Shown piece after piece: positions 37,862 to 51,297 of a DNA stretch of 64,000 bases. Each line of letters starts with the position of its first letter. The first letter of the stretch is position 1. Source of the DNA: Chiloscyllium plagiosum (lineage: Eukaryota); contig NC_057718.1 in assembly GCF_004010195.1 (NCBI RefSeq), forward strand, positions 18,135,728 through 18,199,727. The letters run 5' to 3'. The translations under genes were made by a program, and so were the position numbers. The notes under the pieces are model-generated. The model searched no databases. It was given only the letters and a program-made list of their open reading frames with translations, and was not told where the DNA came from.

Positions 37862-39120
37862 AGAAAGTAAGGACTGCAGGTGCTGGAGATCAGAGCTGAA
37901 AATGTGTTGCTGGAAAAGTGCAGCAGGTCAGGCAGCATCCAAGGAACAGGAGAATCAACGCTTCGGGCATGAGCCCTTCTTCAGGAATGAGGAGAGTGTG
38001 CCAAGCAGGCTAAGATAAAAGGTAGGGAGGAGGGACTTGGGGGAGGGGCGTTGGAAATGCGATAGGTGGAAGGAGGTTAAGGTGAGGGTGATAGGCTGGA
38101 GTGGGAGTGGGGGCGGANNNNNNNNNNNNNNNNNNNNNNNNNNNNNNNNNNNNNNNNNNNNNNNNNNNNNNNNNNNNNNNNNNNNNNNNNNNNNNNNNNN
38201 NTCCTTGGTGCTGGGGTCTGTTTGGGGGTGGCGGAAGTGACGGCGGATGATGCGCTGTACATGGAGATTTCTGTTTGGAGGTGGCGGAAGTGACGGTGGA
38301 TGATGCGCTGTACATGGAGATTTCTGTTTGGAGGTGGCGGAAGTGACGGTGGATGATGCGCTGTACATGGAGATTTCTGTTTGGAGGTGGCGGAAGTGAC
38401 GGTGGATGATGCGCTGTACATGGAGATTTCTGTTTGGAGGTGGCGGAAGTGACGGCGGGTGATGCGCTGTACATGGAGATTGGTGGGGTGGTAGGTGTGG
38501 ACCAGTGGGGTTCTGTCCTGGTGGGGTTTGGAGGGGCGGGGCTCAAGGGCGGAGGAGCGGGAAGTGGAAGAGATGCGGTGGAGGGCATCGTCGACTACGT
38601 CTGGCGGGAAATTGCGGTCCTTGAAGAAGGAGGCCATCTGGGTTGTACGGTTTTGGAACTGGTCCTCCTGGGAGCAGATGCGGCGGAGACGAAGGAATTG
38701 GGAATATGGGATGGCGTTTTTACAGGGGGCAGGGTGGGAGGAGGTGTAGTCTAGGTAGCTGTGGGAGTCGGTCGGTTGATAGTAAGTGTCTGTGTTGATT
38801 CGGTCGCCCGAGATAGAAATGGAGAGGTCTAGGAAGGAGAGGGATGAGTCTGAGACGGTCCAGGTAAATTTGAGGTCGGGGTGGAAGGTGTTGGTAAAGT
38901 GGATGAACTGTTCAACCTCCTCGTGGGAGTATGAGGCAGTGCAGATAAAGTCACCGATGTAGCGGAGGAAAAGGTGGTGCCAGTGTAGCTGCGGAAGATG
39001 GACTGTTCCACAAATCCTACGAAGAGGCAGGCGTAGCTGGGGCCCATGCGGGTGTCCATGGCTACTCCTTTGGTTTGGAGGAAGTGGGAGGATTGGAAAG
39101 AGAAGTTGTTCAGAGTGAGG
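37862..39120 (-). mobile_element. Penelope-like element (family A): RT/thumb fragment plus terminal pLTR
   Basis: GVAMDTRMGPSYACLFVGFVEQ (PLE RT motif) and MASFFKDRNFPPDVVDDAL; pLTR 37862-38117 with ATTC-CTGAAGA-AGGGCTCATGCCC-GAAGCGTT. Confidence 0.9.
38217..38481. repeat. 53-bp tandem repeat (~5 copies) inside the PLE ORF
   Basis: GTGGCGGAAGTGACGG at 38228, 38281, 38334, 38387 and 38440. Confidence 0.95.
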
Positions 39121-40199
39121 ATAAGGTATGCGGTGGAGATGTCAAGGAGGATGAGAAGGGAAAATGCACCACAGTCACAGGGGTTGAAGTGATATCGGAA
39201 AAGGCAATTGAAATGGGAATGTCATTAGAGATAAGCATGGAGCTGGCTGTGGTCAAAATGTTTAAGGATAAGAATATCTCAAATGTATTCTGATTTTTCT
39301 CGAACAGCAGCTCAGATCTTACTTGGAAATCACACCATCCAATCAGATGTAAGATGTTATGTTCTGTCAGCTTGCACCGATTCTGTTCTGCTGGGCTGGA
39401 GGAGGTACATCGCATACTGAGGCAACTGCACTGAACCCGATGTCACACTAACAACATTGATGACTTGTACATTTCTAATTGGCTGACTGGGGGCTGGGCT
39501 AGCTCTGGCTTACATCCTGTGGAGATCTTCAAAAAAACCTTACGGGGAAAGGGTGTGGAAGCAACTCAAAGCAGATGGCTTGCACTGACGAGAGAATAAT
39601 TTTATTAATGGTCCTCGAGGGCACAGTTGTGGTGCATTCTTTAGCCTGGATAGGAGGGGATGGATGAGTGGGTGTGTCCAGGCACTGTCAATATTAGCGA
39701 TGACAGCGTGTGTATCACTATCTCCTCTCCTTTCACCTTTGGTTTTGAGCCGAGCCCAATAGACAATTGAAACATTCTCTGTCTTCAAAGCTGAGAGAGT
39801 CTCCACATGTGTCTTGAGTGTAAAACATCTGGGCGACTTGGCACGGATTCACCGATCCCACACAGAGGTTTCCACCTTTTGTCCAAAAGCTGGACGGAGA
39901 GAAGGAAACGGATGGGATAGTGGGTGGAAAATCTGAAGATTGCCTTATAGTGCTAATTCATTGCAGATATAATTGCTGAAACATCTAAATGTCTATATTA
40001 GAAGACATGGGTATAATTAGGAAACATGACCAATTTTAAAAAATCCAAGTCTGCCCATTCAGAAGACTTGATGGTAAAGCCCTCCAAACCCAAGTATAAA
40101 ACCTCCTCCAATGTTGTGTAACTCCTCTTGGCTTCCTCAGAATTGTTCCCGCCCCCCCCCCCCCCCGCCTCCTTTTAGCTATGTTTCTGCTGATTGAAT

Positions 40200-40730
40200 C
40201 TACACTTCTGAGTCCAAAGCCAGCAGCTCTTAGCTTAACATTAGAGACTTGAGTATAATATTTAAGCCAACACTCCTGGTGCAGTACTCAGGGAGAGTTA
40301 CCCGGTTGGATGTCCAGCTGTTTGGATGGAATCTGAAATAGGAGTCCACAACTGTCTTTTCAGCTGCTCCTAAAAGAGCCCACAACAGTATTATGGGGGT
40401 CAGAGTCATGACGTTCTCTTCTAGACCTCAGCAATATTACTAAGCATGAGATATTGAAAGATGGAAAATACTGGAGAGGCCAAATGGCCTACTTCTGTTC
40501 ATAATTTGTACATTCCTATGATTAGGAATCTATTTCAAATTAACATGCTTGTAATATTTAACTGTTCACCAATATCAATAAAGCAGATTACATGATCAAT
40601 ATTTCATTGTCAAGGTATGCTGTGAACATATTGATTACTGCATCTTCGACATTCAAACAGTATCTCATGTGCTGCGGTTTGAGTTAGCTTCAGTTTGTGA
40701 AAAGTCTTGTATAAAGGCAAGTCTTTAATT
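40200..40730 (+). mobile_element. Highly decayed Deu-domain SINE
   Basis: ACACTCCTGGTGCAGTACTCAGGGAG..GCAGATTACATGATCA..GTGAAAAGTCTTGTATAAAGGCAAGTCTT. Confidence 0.5.
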
Positions 40731-40865
40731 TAACAGATATGCTGCTCCTTTCTCACTGACTGGGGAGAGTTAAAGTTGCCCTTAAAAATGTTATTAACAC
40801 ACATAAGCTTAGCAAGAGTTGAGGAACAAGGGCTGTGTAGTTCAGGACATATTATGGAATGCTGC

Positions 40866-41376
40866 ACATGTGTGTGGGTGTCTGTGTCTGTGCGTGTGTC
40901 TGTATATGTGTGTGTGTGTATGTGTGCACGCGTATGTGTGTGCGCACACATGTATGTGTCTCTTTGTGTATGCGCATGCACGTGTATTTGTCTGTATCTG
41001 TCTATGTGTGTGTGCATGCACACGTATTTGTCTGTGTCTGTGTGCGTGCGAACACGTGTGTTTGTGTCTGTCTGTGTGTCCGTGTGTGTATGCGTGTGTA
41101 TATGTGTGTGTGTGCATGTACGCATATTTGACTGTGTCTGTGTGTGCATGCATGCACGCGTACATGTGAGTGTGCGAGCACGCGTACATGTGTGCGTGTA
41201 CGTGTGTGTGCATGCGCATGCGTGCACGCATATGGTTGTGTGTCTGTGTGTGCGTGTATTTGTGCACACATGTGTGTCCGTGTGTGTGTATGTGTGCACG
41301 CGTATGTGTGTGTGCGTGCTTGTATGTGTCTGTGTGTGTGCGTGCACGTGTATTTGTGTGTGTGTGTGTGTGTGTA
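40866..41376. repeat. Degenerate (TG/CA)n purine-pyrimidine tract
   Basis: About 510 bp of mostly alternating RY sequence. Confidence 0.95.
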
Positions 41377-42071
41377 GTGCTGAGTAGCCCCACAGGTATG
41401 GAATACCCAGTATGCAGCCACACAAATTCATTTGAAGAGACAATATATTCCTTGTAATAAGGTAAAGGCAATAAAATGTATCTACTGACTTCTGGAAGAG
41501 AAGGAAGGTCAGACTGCAAATGTGTTCTCACACGAGAGTCTCCTAATGAACTCAAATGTGGAAACCTTTAGCGTCTGATTAAATTAAGTAATAATGGATG
41601 AGCAGTTGCATTACGCTGGGGAATTGAAGAACGGCATGTCATTGTGAAGGATGAGGACTTTAATCTGTTTGTTAACCTCGATGTTGGATTGCATTTTCTG
41701 CTTGTGTTTGAGCCACCAGCTGCTGCTACTTTCCATTCATACTCGCCTTGCACTGTTTATTTAATTGTCTCAGAGAGAAACAAAAATCACTCCTTGGGCT
41801 CCAACATTGGCGGAGAGTTCTGTAGCTATGTACATTGTTGATTGAGTGACCCATCGATACAGTCCGTGCCTGAGTGAGATGTGTCAGTCCTCAGCTAAGG
41901 TTACTAACCTTTCACAAATTGAGAATTAATTTCCAGGGCACTGCTGAGAGATAATGCCTCGTTGAAAATTACATAGGCGTCAAAAACTGTCTTCGATTCC
42001 TTTTGTTAAACACCAGTTTTAAAAACATTGGTGATGAAGGAAACAACCAAGTGTTTTGTCCTGGTGGGAAT

Positions 42072-44630
42072 TATAGACAATAGACAATAGACAATAGGTG
42101 CAGGAGTAGGCCATTCAGCCCTTCGAGCCTGCACCGCCATTCAATATGATCATGGCTGATCATTTCTAATCAGTATCCTCTTCCTGCCTTATCTCCATAA
42201 CCCTTGATTCCACTATCTTTGAGAGCTCTATCCAACTCTTTCTTAAATGAATCCAGAGACTGGGCCTCCACTGCCCTCTGGGGCAGAGCATTCCACACAG
42301 CCACCACTCTCTGGGTGAAGACGTTTCTCCTCATCTCTGTCCTAAATGGTCTACCCCGTAATTTATAAGCTGTGTCCTCTGGTTCGGCACTCACCCATCA
42401 GAGGAAACATGTTTCCTGCCTCCAGAGTATCCAATTTTTTAATAATCTTATGTCTCAATCAGTTCCCCTCTCAGTCTTCTAAACTCAAGGGTATACAAGC
42501 CCAGTCACTCCAGTCTTTCAGTATAAGGTAATCCCACCATTCCAGGAATTGACNNNNNNNNNNNNNNNNNNNNNNNNNNNNNNNNNNNNNNNNNNNNNNN
42601 NNNNNNNNNNNNNNNNNNNNNNNNNNNNNNNNNNNNNNNNNNNNNNNNNNNNNNNNNNNNNNNNNNNNNNNNNNNNNNNNNNNNNNNNNNNNNNNNNNNN
42701 NNNNNNNNNNNNNNNNNNNNNNNNNNNNNNNNNNNNNNNNNNNNNNNNNNNNNNNNNNNNNNNNNNNNNNNNNNNNNNNNNNNNNNNNNNNNNNNNNNNN
42801 NNNNNNNNNNNNNNNNNNNNNNNNNNNNNNNNNNNNNNNNNNNNNNNNNNNNNNNNNNNNNNNNNNNNNNNNNNNNNNNNNNNNNNNNNNNNNNNNNNNN
42901 NNNNNNNNNNNNNNNNNNNNNNNNNNNNNNNNNNNNNNNNNNNNNNNNNNNNNNNNNNNNNNNNNNNNNNNNNNNNNNNNNNNNNNNNNNNNNNNNNNNN
43001 NNNNNNNNNNNNNNNNNNNNNNNNNNNNNNNNNNNNNNNNNNNNNNNNNNNNNNNNNNNNNNNNNNNNNNNNNNNNNNNNNNNNNNNNNNNNNNNNNNNN
43101 NNNNNNNNNNNNNNNNNNNNNNNNNNNNNNNNNNNNNNNNNNNNNNNNNNNNNNNNNNNNNNNNNNNNNNNNNNNNNNNNNNNNNNNNNNNNNNNNNNNN
43201 NNNNNNNNNNNNNNNNNNNNNNNNNNNNNNNNNNNNNNNNNNNNNNNNNNNNNNNNNNNNNNNNNNNNNNNNNNNNNGGTCCTTCAGCCACTGTTATCTC
43301 AGGGAGATTGCTTGTGTCTTCCCCAGTGAACACAGGTCTGAAGTACCCATTTAATTCCTCTGCCATTTCTTTGTTCCTAGTAATATATTCCCTTGTTTCT
43401 GTCTTCAAGGGCCCAATTTTTGTCCTAACCATTTTTTTGCCTTGCACATACTTAAAAAAGCTTTTACTATCCTCCTTAATATTCTTGGCCAGTTTACCTT
43501 CGTACCTCATTTTTCCTCTGCGTATTTCCTTCTTAGTAATCCTCTGTTGCTCTTTAAAAGCTTCCCAGTCCTCAGTTTTCCCACTTATCTTTGCTATGTT
43601 ATAATTTTTCTCTTTTAACTTTATATGTTTCTTAACTTCCCTCGTCAGCAACGGCTGCCCAAGCCTCCTCCTGGGATTTTTCTTCCTTTTAGGAATGAAC
43701 TGATCCTGCAACTTCTGCATTATACACAGAAATATTTATCTTTGCTATGTTATAATTTTTCTCTTTTAACTTTATATGTTTCTTAACTTCCCTCGTCAGC
43801 AACGGCTGCCCAAGCCTCCTCCTGGGATTTTTCTTCCTTTTAGGAATGAACTGATCCTGCAACTTCTGCATTATACACAGAAATATCCGCCATTATGCCT
43901 CCACAGTAATCCCTGCTAAGGTATTGCACGATTGAACTTTGGCCAGCTCCTCCCTCATAGCTCCATAGTTCCCTTTATTCAACAGAAGTACTGTCACTTC
44001 CGACTGTACCCTATCCCTCTTAAATTGCAGATTGAAGCTTAATGTATTATGGTCACTACTTCCCAATGGCTCCTTCACTTCTGACCAATTCTGGTTCGTT
44101 ACACAATACCAGATCCAGAATTGCCTTCTCCCTGGTCGGCTCCACCACCAGCTGCTCTAAGAATCCATCTCTGAGGCACTCCACAAAGTCTCTTTCTTGA
44201 GGTCCAATACCATCCTGACTCTCCCAATCTACCTGAAGTCCCCCATAACAACTGTAGTAACATCTTTGCGACAGGCCAATTTCAGCTCCTGATTCAACTT
44301 ACATCCGACATCCAGACGACTGTTTGGGGGCTGTAGATGACTCCCAAGAGGTATTTTTACCCTTAGTATTTCGTAGCTCTATCCACACTGACTCTACATC
44401 CCCTGACTCTAGGTCGCCCCGCGCAAGGGACTGAATATCCTCCCTTACCAACAAGGCAACCCCACCCCCTCTGCCCGTCAGTCTGTCCTTACGATAGCAC
44501 GTGTAGCCTTGAATATTCATTTCCCAGGCCCTGTCCACTTGAAGCCACGTCTCAGTTATCCCCACAATATCGTATCTGCCAATTTCCAAAAGAGCCTCAA
44601 GCTCATCCATCTTATGTCTAATGCTTCTAA
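42072..44630 (-). mobile_element. CR1 LINE covering most of ORF2 (AP endonuclease through 3' tail; RT core falls in the N gap)
   Basis: IRSIRHKMDELEALL..YDIVGITETWL..GYTCYRKDR..GGGVALLV; EPLGSSDHN; NIKEDSKSFFKYV; FTQRVVAVWNALP; (TTGTCTA)n tail. Confidence 0.95.
43585..43886. repeat. Exact 151-bp tandem duplication within the CR1
   Basis: TTATCTTTGCTATG...CACAGAAATAT at 43585 and 43736. Confidence 0.95.
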
Positions 44631-44845
44631 TTGATTTTGTTATCACCGAATCATTATGGTGCACAAGGAGACCATTCAGTCCATCTTGCCTGCACCATTT
44701 TATTATCTCATGCCAGTGTCCGGCTTTTGCCGCATATCGCCACACACCATTTCTAGCCCAATAATTATCCAATGCCTTCTTGAATGCCTCAACTGAACCT
44801 GCCTCCACCACCTTACCCAGACAGTGCACTCCATCCATAACATGT

Positions 44846-45210
44846 GAGGGAGGTGATGGCCTAGTGGCATTATCACTGGGCTATTATTCCAGAGACACAG
44901 GCAATGTTCTGGGACCTGGGTTCAAATCCTGCCACGGTAGCTGGTGGGATTGAATTCAGTAATGAAAGAAAAATCTCAAATTAAGAATCTAATGATGAAC
45001 ATCAATCGATTGTTGGCGAAAAACCCATTTGGTTTGCTAATATTCTTTAGGGAGGGAACTGCCAGCTTTACCTGGTCTGGTCTACATGTGAAAACAGACA
45101 TGCAGTGATATGATTGACTCTTAATTGCCCTCTGGGTAATTAGGGATGGGCAATAAATGCTGGTCTAGCCAGAGATACCCTCATCCTGTAAATACATAAG
45201 AAACAAAAAA
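44846..45210 (+). mobile_element. Family-2 tRNA SINE
   Basis: TGGCCTAGTGG A box, GGTTCAAATCC B box, TAGGGATGGGCAATAAATGCTGG tail. Confidence 0.85.
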
Positions 45211-46629
45211 ACACTCATTGGGTGAAAATTATTGTTTTCTCACATTACCTTTGCTTCTTTTGCACATCATTTCAAATCTATGCCCTTTTTGTTTTTGTTC
45301 CTTTTATGAGCTTGTTGTGTTGTGATATAAATGGGTGAAGTGTCCAAAAATTATAAGTCTCAATAACTCCTCCTCAACCACTGGCCACCAATTCCAAACA
45401 AGGAGGTTCCCTTTATTTCAAAGATTAGGTGCACTTCACACATGAATGTTCAATGGAGCCACTTGGCCATTTAAATCAGCAGCTGAGGCCCGATATGTGG
45501 TAACCTTGGTGTGTGAACAGGTCTGGTATTTGCAGATTTGTTTGGATAACCAGGAGAACTCTTTGGGGAAGGCCTTTTGAATCTGACCCCAGGACATCTT
45601 TGGGAAAAGTAAAGTGCCATCTGGTGGAAATGAAGTGCCAATTTGGGTGAGCAAACGTACCCATTGGAATTATCAGAAGTAGGCATAAATGTGTGTTAAA
45701 AGATGTGTAAACGCTTTCCTGATCAAGTTGATTGAAATTGTCAGCAGACTGGTCATAATCAGAAGTACATGTCAAAGGGAGCTTGCAATCTTATCCAGGA
45801 ATTTAAAAGTCCTGCCCTTTAAGCACTACATGGATGTGTCGACCGTGTTTAAAAAAATGAATGCTTGGTAGTTCATGTTGGCTTTTAACATATGTTTGAG
45901 GTTCTCCAATACTACTGGAGTTAGAGTAGCAAGAGTGATTTCACAACCAACCATTCTCACAGCAGGGTGCTTTCCATTTCATAGTGTGATTGATAATTAC
46001 AAGTGGATATACTCTCCTCATCATAGGGATATGAATTCCAATGTTTGATGTTACAAGCGGTCATGCACTTGGCTTATGAGTTAAATATTTGTAGTTATAA
46101 TGATTTAGTTAGTTGAAGGAATATGTGTAGAATAAATGGGGATTTTATGAATATAGAGAAGTTTACAATGCATATTAAAACATTTGGAGTGATTATCTGT
46201 ACTGCCAAAAAGAATTTTTACACATGTGCAGATGTGTTTGTGATGTCAGCTGACTGTGGCAGGAAGTGACCATGTGTGTGTGCAGTGCTGATGTCACCAC
46301 TCTGGGGAGGAAGAGAAGGGATTGATGAAGTAGAGCTTCCCATCCCTGGTGCACGCTGTCTGGGCACCTGACCATCTCGGGCCCTTGTGCTTCCCCTGGA
46401 ATGGGTCTTTCATTGGCTGGAAGGCCACGCTCAGGGGCTGGGATTGCTCCTATGCTAAAACTCCAGGCCACAATCAAACATTATCTAAATGGACCATAAA
46501 GACTCTACTCGCTCCCTGATTGACTTGGTAAGTCACATGGATGAATGTGTTGGCTAACCAATGATGTGAGAGTAAAGATGGATCATGTGATATAGCTCCC
46601 AGAGGTTAATCATCTCAGTCATTGTGACT

Positions 46630-47670
46630 CTGACCAATGAAAATAAACAATCCAGGCTTGGGCTGACAAGTGGCAAATAACAGTGTTTAGATCAGAGTGG
46701 TGCTGGAAAAGCACAGCAGGTCAGGCGGCATCCGAGGAGCAGGAAAATCGGCGTATCGGGGAAGGGTTTTGCCTGAAACGTCGATTTTCCTGCTTCTCAA
46801 ATGCTGTCTGACTTGCTGTGCTTTTCCAGCACCACTCTGATCTAAACTTTGGTTTCCAGCATCTGCTGTCCTCACTTTTGCCTTAGTGGCAGATAACATT
46901 CATGTCATACAAATGCCGGGCAATAACCATCACCTATAAGAGACAATCTAACCACCACCCCTTGTCATTCAATGGTGTTACCATTACAAAATCCTCCACC
47001 ATCAACATCCTAGGGGTTATCATTGACCAGAAACTCAACTGGACTTGACACATGAACACAGCAGCTGCAAAAGCAGGTCGGAGGCTAGGACTACTGAGGG
47101 GAATAACTTACCTCCTAACCCCCAAACCGTGTCCACCATCCACAAGGCACAAGTCAGGAGTGTGATGGAACACTATTCACTTGCCTGGATGGGTGCAGCT
47201 CCAAAAATATTCAAAAAGCTTGACCCTGCCCAGGACAAAGCAGACTGCTTGATTGGCACCATAAGCATCCACTGCCTCTGCTGCCAAACTCTGTCACAGC
47301 AGCATGTACCATCTACAGGATGCACAGCAGAAACTCGCCAAAGATCCTCAAATAGCACCTTCCAAGACCATGACCACTTCTATCTAGAAGACAAAGGCAG
47401 CAGATATATAGGAACACTACCACCTTCAAGTTCCCCTCCAACCCACTCACCATCCTGACTCGGAAATATATTGCTGCTCCTTCACTGTCGCTGGGTCAAA
47501 ATCCTGGAATTCCCTCCCTAATGGAATTGTGGGTCAACTCACAGCAGGTGGACTGCAGGAGGTCAAGAAGGCAGCTCACCACCACCTTCTCAAGGGGCAA
47601 CTAGGGATGGACAATAAATGCTGGCCAGCCAGCAACACCCATATCTCATAAAATAAATTTTAAAAAATAA
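46630..47670 (+). mobile_element. LINE family 2, 3' ~1 kb (post-RT-core region plus tail)
   Basis: IQAWADKWQ..F..KC.AITI; HKAQVRSVMEHYSLAW; tail CAACTAGGGATGGACAATAAATGCTGGCC. Confidence 0.85.
46685..46883. mobile_element. Palindromic family A mini-element with 14-bp TSD
   Basis: Inverted arms span 46685-46847; AGTGGCA(A/G)ATAACA at 46669-46682 and 46885-46898. Confidence 0.9.
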
Positions 47671-47819
47671 GATCTCAGCTTCAAACACCGGTCTGTGCTG
47701 CTGTGCTGCTGTGCTGTCTTCAGAGAATCTTGCAACATGGGAGATCGGTGTTTGGCTCCTTCTGCCTGTATTGGCTCTTCATGGTTACCAACCACCTTGA
47801 CTAATTGGAGTGAAGTTTC

Positions 47820-48630
47820 TCCTTACTCCATCTAAAATGAGGAACAGGAGCAGCTCATTCAGCTCATCCAGCCTGTTCCACCATTCAATTAGATCATGGA
47901 TGATCATCTACCTCAACAGACACTTTCCTGCACTAACTGCATGTCCCTTCATGCCATTATTCTGCAGAAATCAACTGAGCTTCTGTGTCAGACATGATTA
48001 ATGATTGAGCATCTAGAGTAGAGAATTCCAAAACTTCCCGTCTCAGGCGACTAACTGTGTGGAGTTTGCACGTTCTCCCCGTGTCTGCGTGGGTTTCCTC
48101 CGGGTGCTCCGGTTTCCTCCCACAGTCCAAAGATGTGCAGGTCAGGTGAATTGACCATGCTAAATTGCCCATAGTGTTAGGTAAGGGATAAATGTAGGGG
48201 TACGGGTGGGTTGCGCTTCGGCGGGTCGGTGTGGACTTGTTGGGCCGAAGGGCCTGTTTCCACACTGTAATGTAATCTAATCTAATCTTCACCACCCTCT
48301 AAATGAAGAAATTCTTCCTCCTAGCCTATTCCTTATCTTGACATTACATTTCTTTGTCCTAGACTGGCCAGCAGGGCAAACATCTGACCTACATCCACTT
48401 AGTCATGCCCTTTTAAAAATATTGTAAGTTTCAATGAGGTTACGCCTCATTCTTTGAAACTCTGGTGAACACAAGCCTAGTTTCGTCAATCTCTCCTCAT
48501 GATATGATCCTGCCATCCCAGGGATTGATTTGGTGAGTCTCTACTGCACTCCCTCTTTTGAAAGCATATCCTGCCTTAGATAAAGAGACCAAAACTGTAC
48601 ATAGTACTGCACGTGAGATCTCACCAAAGC
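47820..48630 (-). mobile_element. Old CR1 3' fragment hosting an HE1-like SINE
   Basis: CCATTCAATTAGATCATGG tail region; GAGAATTCCAAA | TTCACCACCCTCT. Confidence 0.7.
48038..48288 (+). mobile_element. 5'-truncated young HE1-like SINE
   Basis: Matches the reverse complement of 19892-20150; (TCTAA)n tail. Confidence 0.95.
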
Positions 48631-51297
48631 TCAGCCCAGGTTCCTTTGAATAGCCACGCTTCCCAAGGAATGGCTCATAATTCTGAGTTCCTTTATTAGC
48701 TCTCTCCCTCAGCCTCTCATCTCAAAGGAAACCAATTCCAGCTTCTTCAATCTCTCCAATGTAAGTAAAGTTGCATTGGCAGATCTCAATTGCAGTGGGA
48801 CTGGAAGAGCAATCTCTTTAGTCATGAAATGTTAACTCTCCACAGATGCTGCCAGACCTGTTGAGTTTCTCCAGTATTCTCTGCATCTGTTTCAATCATA
48901 TTGCTGTTGTTTTACAACCACATGTAGGCAGGATTAAGTAAGGACAGCACATCTCCTTTGATGAAAGGCATGGTCACCTTTACTGATATAAACTTCTTAG
49001 TCCAGATTATAATTACATTTGAATTGCCCCAGTTGCTATGGTGGGGTTTGAACTCAGTCTTACTATCATAAGCCCTGGACCTCTGGATTACTGGTTTCTA
49101 AGCACTTTGCTACTCTATCTTGAAGCTGGTTTTCGCCAGGCAATACAAATAGGAGTAACCACCTACAGAGGAGGAGGTGTAAGGAAGGAAAAATAGGAAG
49201 AATTGGCCAGTGTGTCAAGAAATGACAGTGTATTATTACCTACCTGTTACAATGAGTTCACCCCTTGTCACCTTGGGGGAGGGCAGGCCTGTGTAATGTG
49301 TATATGTGCTCTGATCCCCATGAGGTGATGATTGTCCTTCCACAGACCCACAAGCCTGAGAAAGTGAGCTGCAGCAGGCTGTGGGAGTGATGGTGGTTCA
49401 CGAGAGCTAAGCCTCATGTTTGGGTGGTTTCCAGTCAACAGGCATGAGGATCATGCCCAATGATTCTGTGAAGGCAGGTGCGCTCAGTGCAGGCTGTCAG
49501 TGCTGCTCTGTATCCCATAGCCAACGGCCATCATGGTAATGGTGAGAGGGTGGTGTCACATTGCCACAGGTCACTCCAAGCATCATGCTGTGCTGTGATG
49601 GGGAGGTTACTTGTATCTACCATACCTCAGGGATGTTGGCCTTGATGACAGGCTGTTAGTCCGGTCTCTAATGTCAGGGTGAAACCTCAAGCTTGGTTTG
49701 GAGGTTTCTTGGCTAATTGTGTGCCAGAGGGAGGGCACAGATTAAGGGCAGAGTCAGGGTTGGTGGGGGCAAAGGGTGGAGACACTCAAAGCTACAATGT
49801 CAATAGAACAGCAGCCTACAGGAATGAGAGAGTAAGAGAAAAAGAGAGAGAGAGAAAGAGCCTCCGCTTCGAGGTGCCCTCTCGCTAACTTTATAAACGG
49901 AGAAAGTACCTTCAGTAGTTGAGCCACCATTGTGGAAGGGGCTGCGTGCGCCCAGTGGCAGCTGCTACCATGTTGGTGCCATTTGGTGTTGGTGGCAGTA
50001 ATGGGAGTGGGAATGGGGGTGGGGCTGGGGAAGGGCAGGGTGGGGGTCTGGGGGTTGTGAGTTGTTCCTCAGAGCTTGCCTCAAGCAACGGGCACCCACT
50101 CCAACACCTGGAAACCTCATCCTGTGCTTGCTCCTTGTGGGAATGGAAATCCTGACACGTCTGTGTTTGCTTACAAACAATACACGATTCACCAGGACAA
50201 TTTATTTTCATGAATGCTGTGCTCTTTGAATTGAAGTGTACTTCTAGCCAAACATCTGCACAATCTGACACCAAAATAAACCTACTTAGAGACTTCTCCA
50301 TTGCAGCAGGAACAGAAATAATTACTGGCACTCATAAGAAAAGATAGCGTAGTTAAGAAAAGTAACAATTATGAGCTGTTTATAGAACCATAGAAAATTC
50401 AAGGCCAATTAATATGATCATGGCTGATCATCCAACTCAGCATCCTGTTTCTACATTCTCCTTTTGAACCCTTTCGCCCGAAGAATGATATCAAATTCCT
50501 TCTTGAAAACATTCAATATTTTATCTTCAACCATTTTGTGGGGTGGAGAATTCCATTGGCTCACCAGTCTCCAGGTGAAGTCATCTCTTCTCATCCAAAT
50601 GACAGCCTACCCTGTATCCTTAGACTGTGCCGCCTGGTGATGAAGCTTGCCGCATAGTTAAATGGACAACTTAACCACGTTATTAAGGCAACAATACTGT
50701 CAGGACCTAACCGCTTACAACAAAGTAGCTCACCTCCGTCAGGGCATGCCAGGAGACGAATAGTGTAGGATGCTACAATTATTCAAAGACTAAAAGGGTG
50801 AAGTCTGATAACATATTCTTCCATCCAGCCACTGTCTACTGATGTTTAAGAGAATTGGGAAGCAGGAGGTTAAAAACATTAGGAAGGAGGCGCTTAAGAG
50901 GTTTGGGAAATGGGGATGGAAAAGTAGCTGGAGAGTTGAACTCTCAATAGACAGAATGAACATGGCTGAAATAAAAGTTAATATATTGTTTTGTATTAAA
51001 TGTTGATTGGAATTGCCCCTCCAGCTCAGATAATGATTGGACCAGTGGAGATCTTAAAGGCACAGGACTAAATAATGCTTTAACCGTCTTAGTGTTACCC
51101 AAAGCATTCCTCCAGATCCAAAGTACAAAAGTGGTCAATTCTGCTTCTGTTAGATTGGAGTGGTGTAATTAATGGAGCACCTGCAACAGATTGATGAATC
51201 CTTCTTGCTGTGATATAGCAGGTCGTATTGTGGTGGGAGAGCTGGGCTCCGTATGGCAAATAAGCCTGATCCTAACTGGTCAAAACAGACTGCCGTA

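Noticed and set aside
40730..41555. His/Thr- and Cys/Val-rich ORFs
   Set aside because: Translations of the (CA/TG)n tract.
42518..43720. 350-400 aa ORFs
   Set aside because: Mostly N; the real part belongs to the CR1 ORF2, not a host gene.
49300..49720. Possible Harbinger Myb/SANT-gene remnant on the minus strand
   Set aside because: Only two vague motifs; too degenerate to support.
49912..50331. Gly/Pro-rich ORFs as a possible exon
   Set aside because: Low-complexity G-rich patch with no recognisable domain or convincing splice signals.
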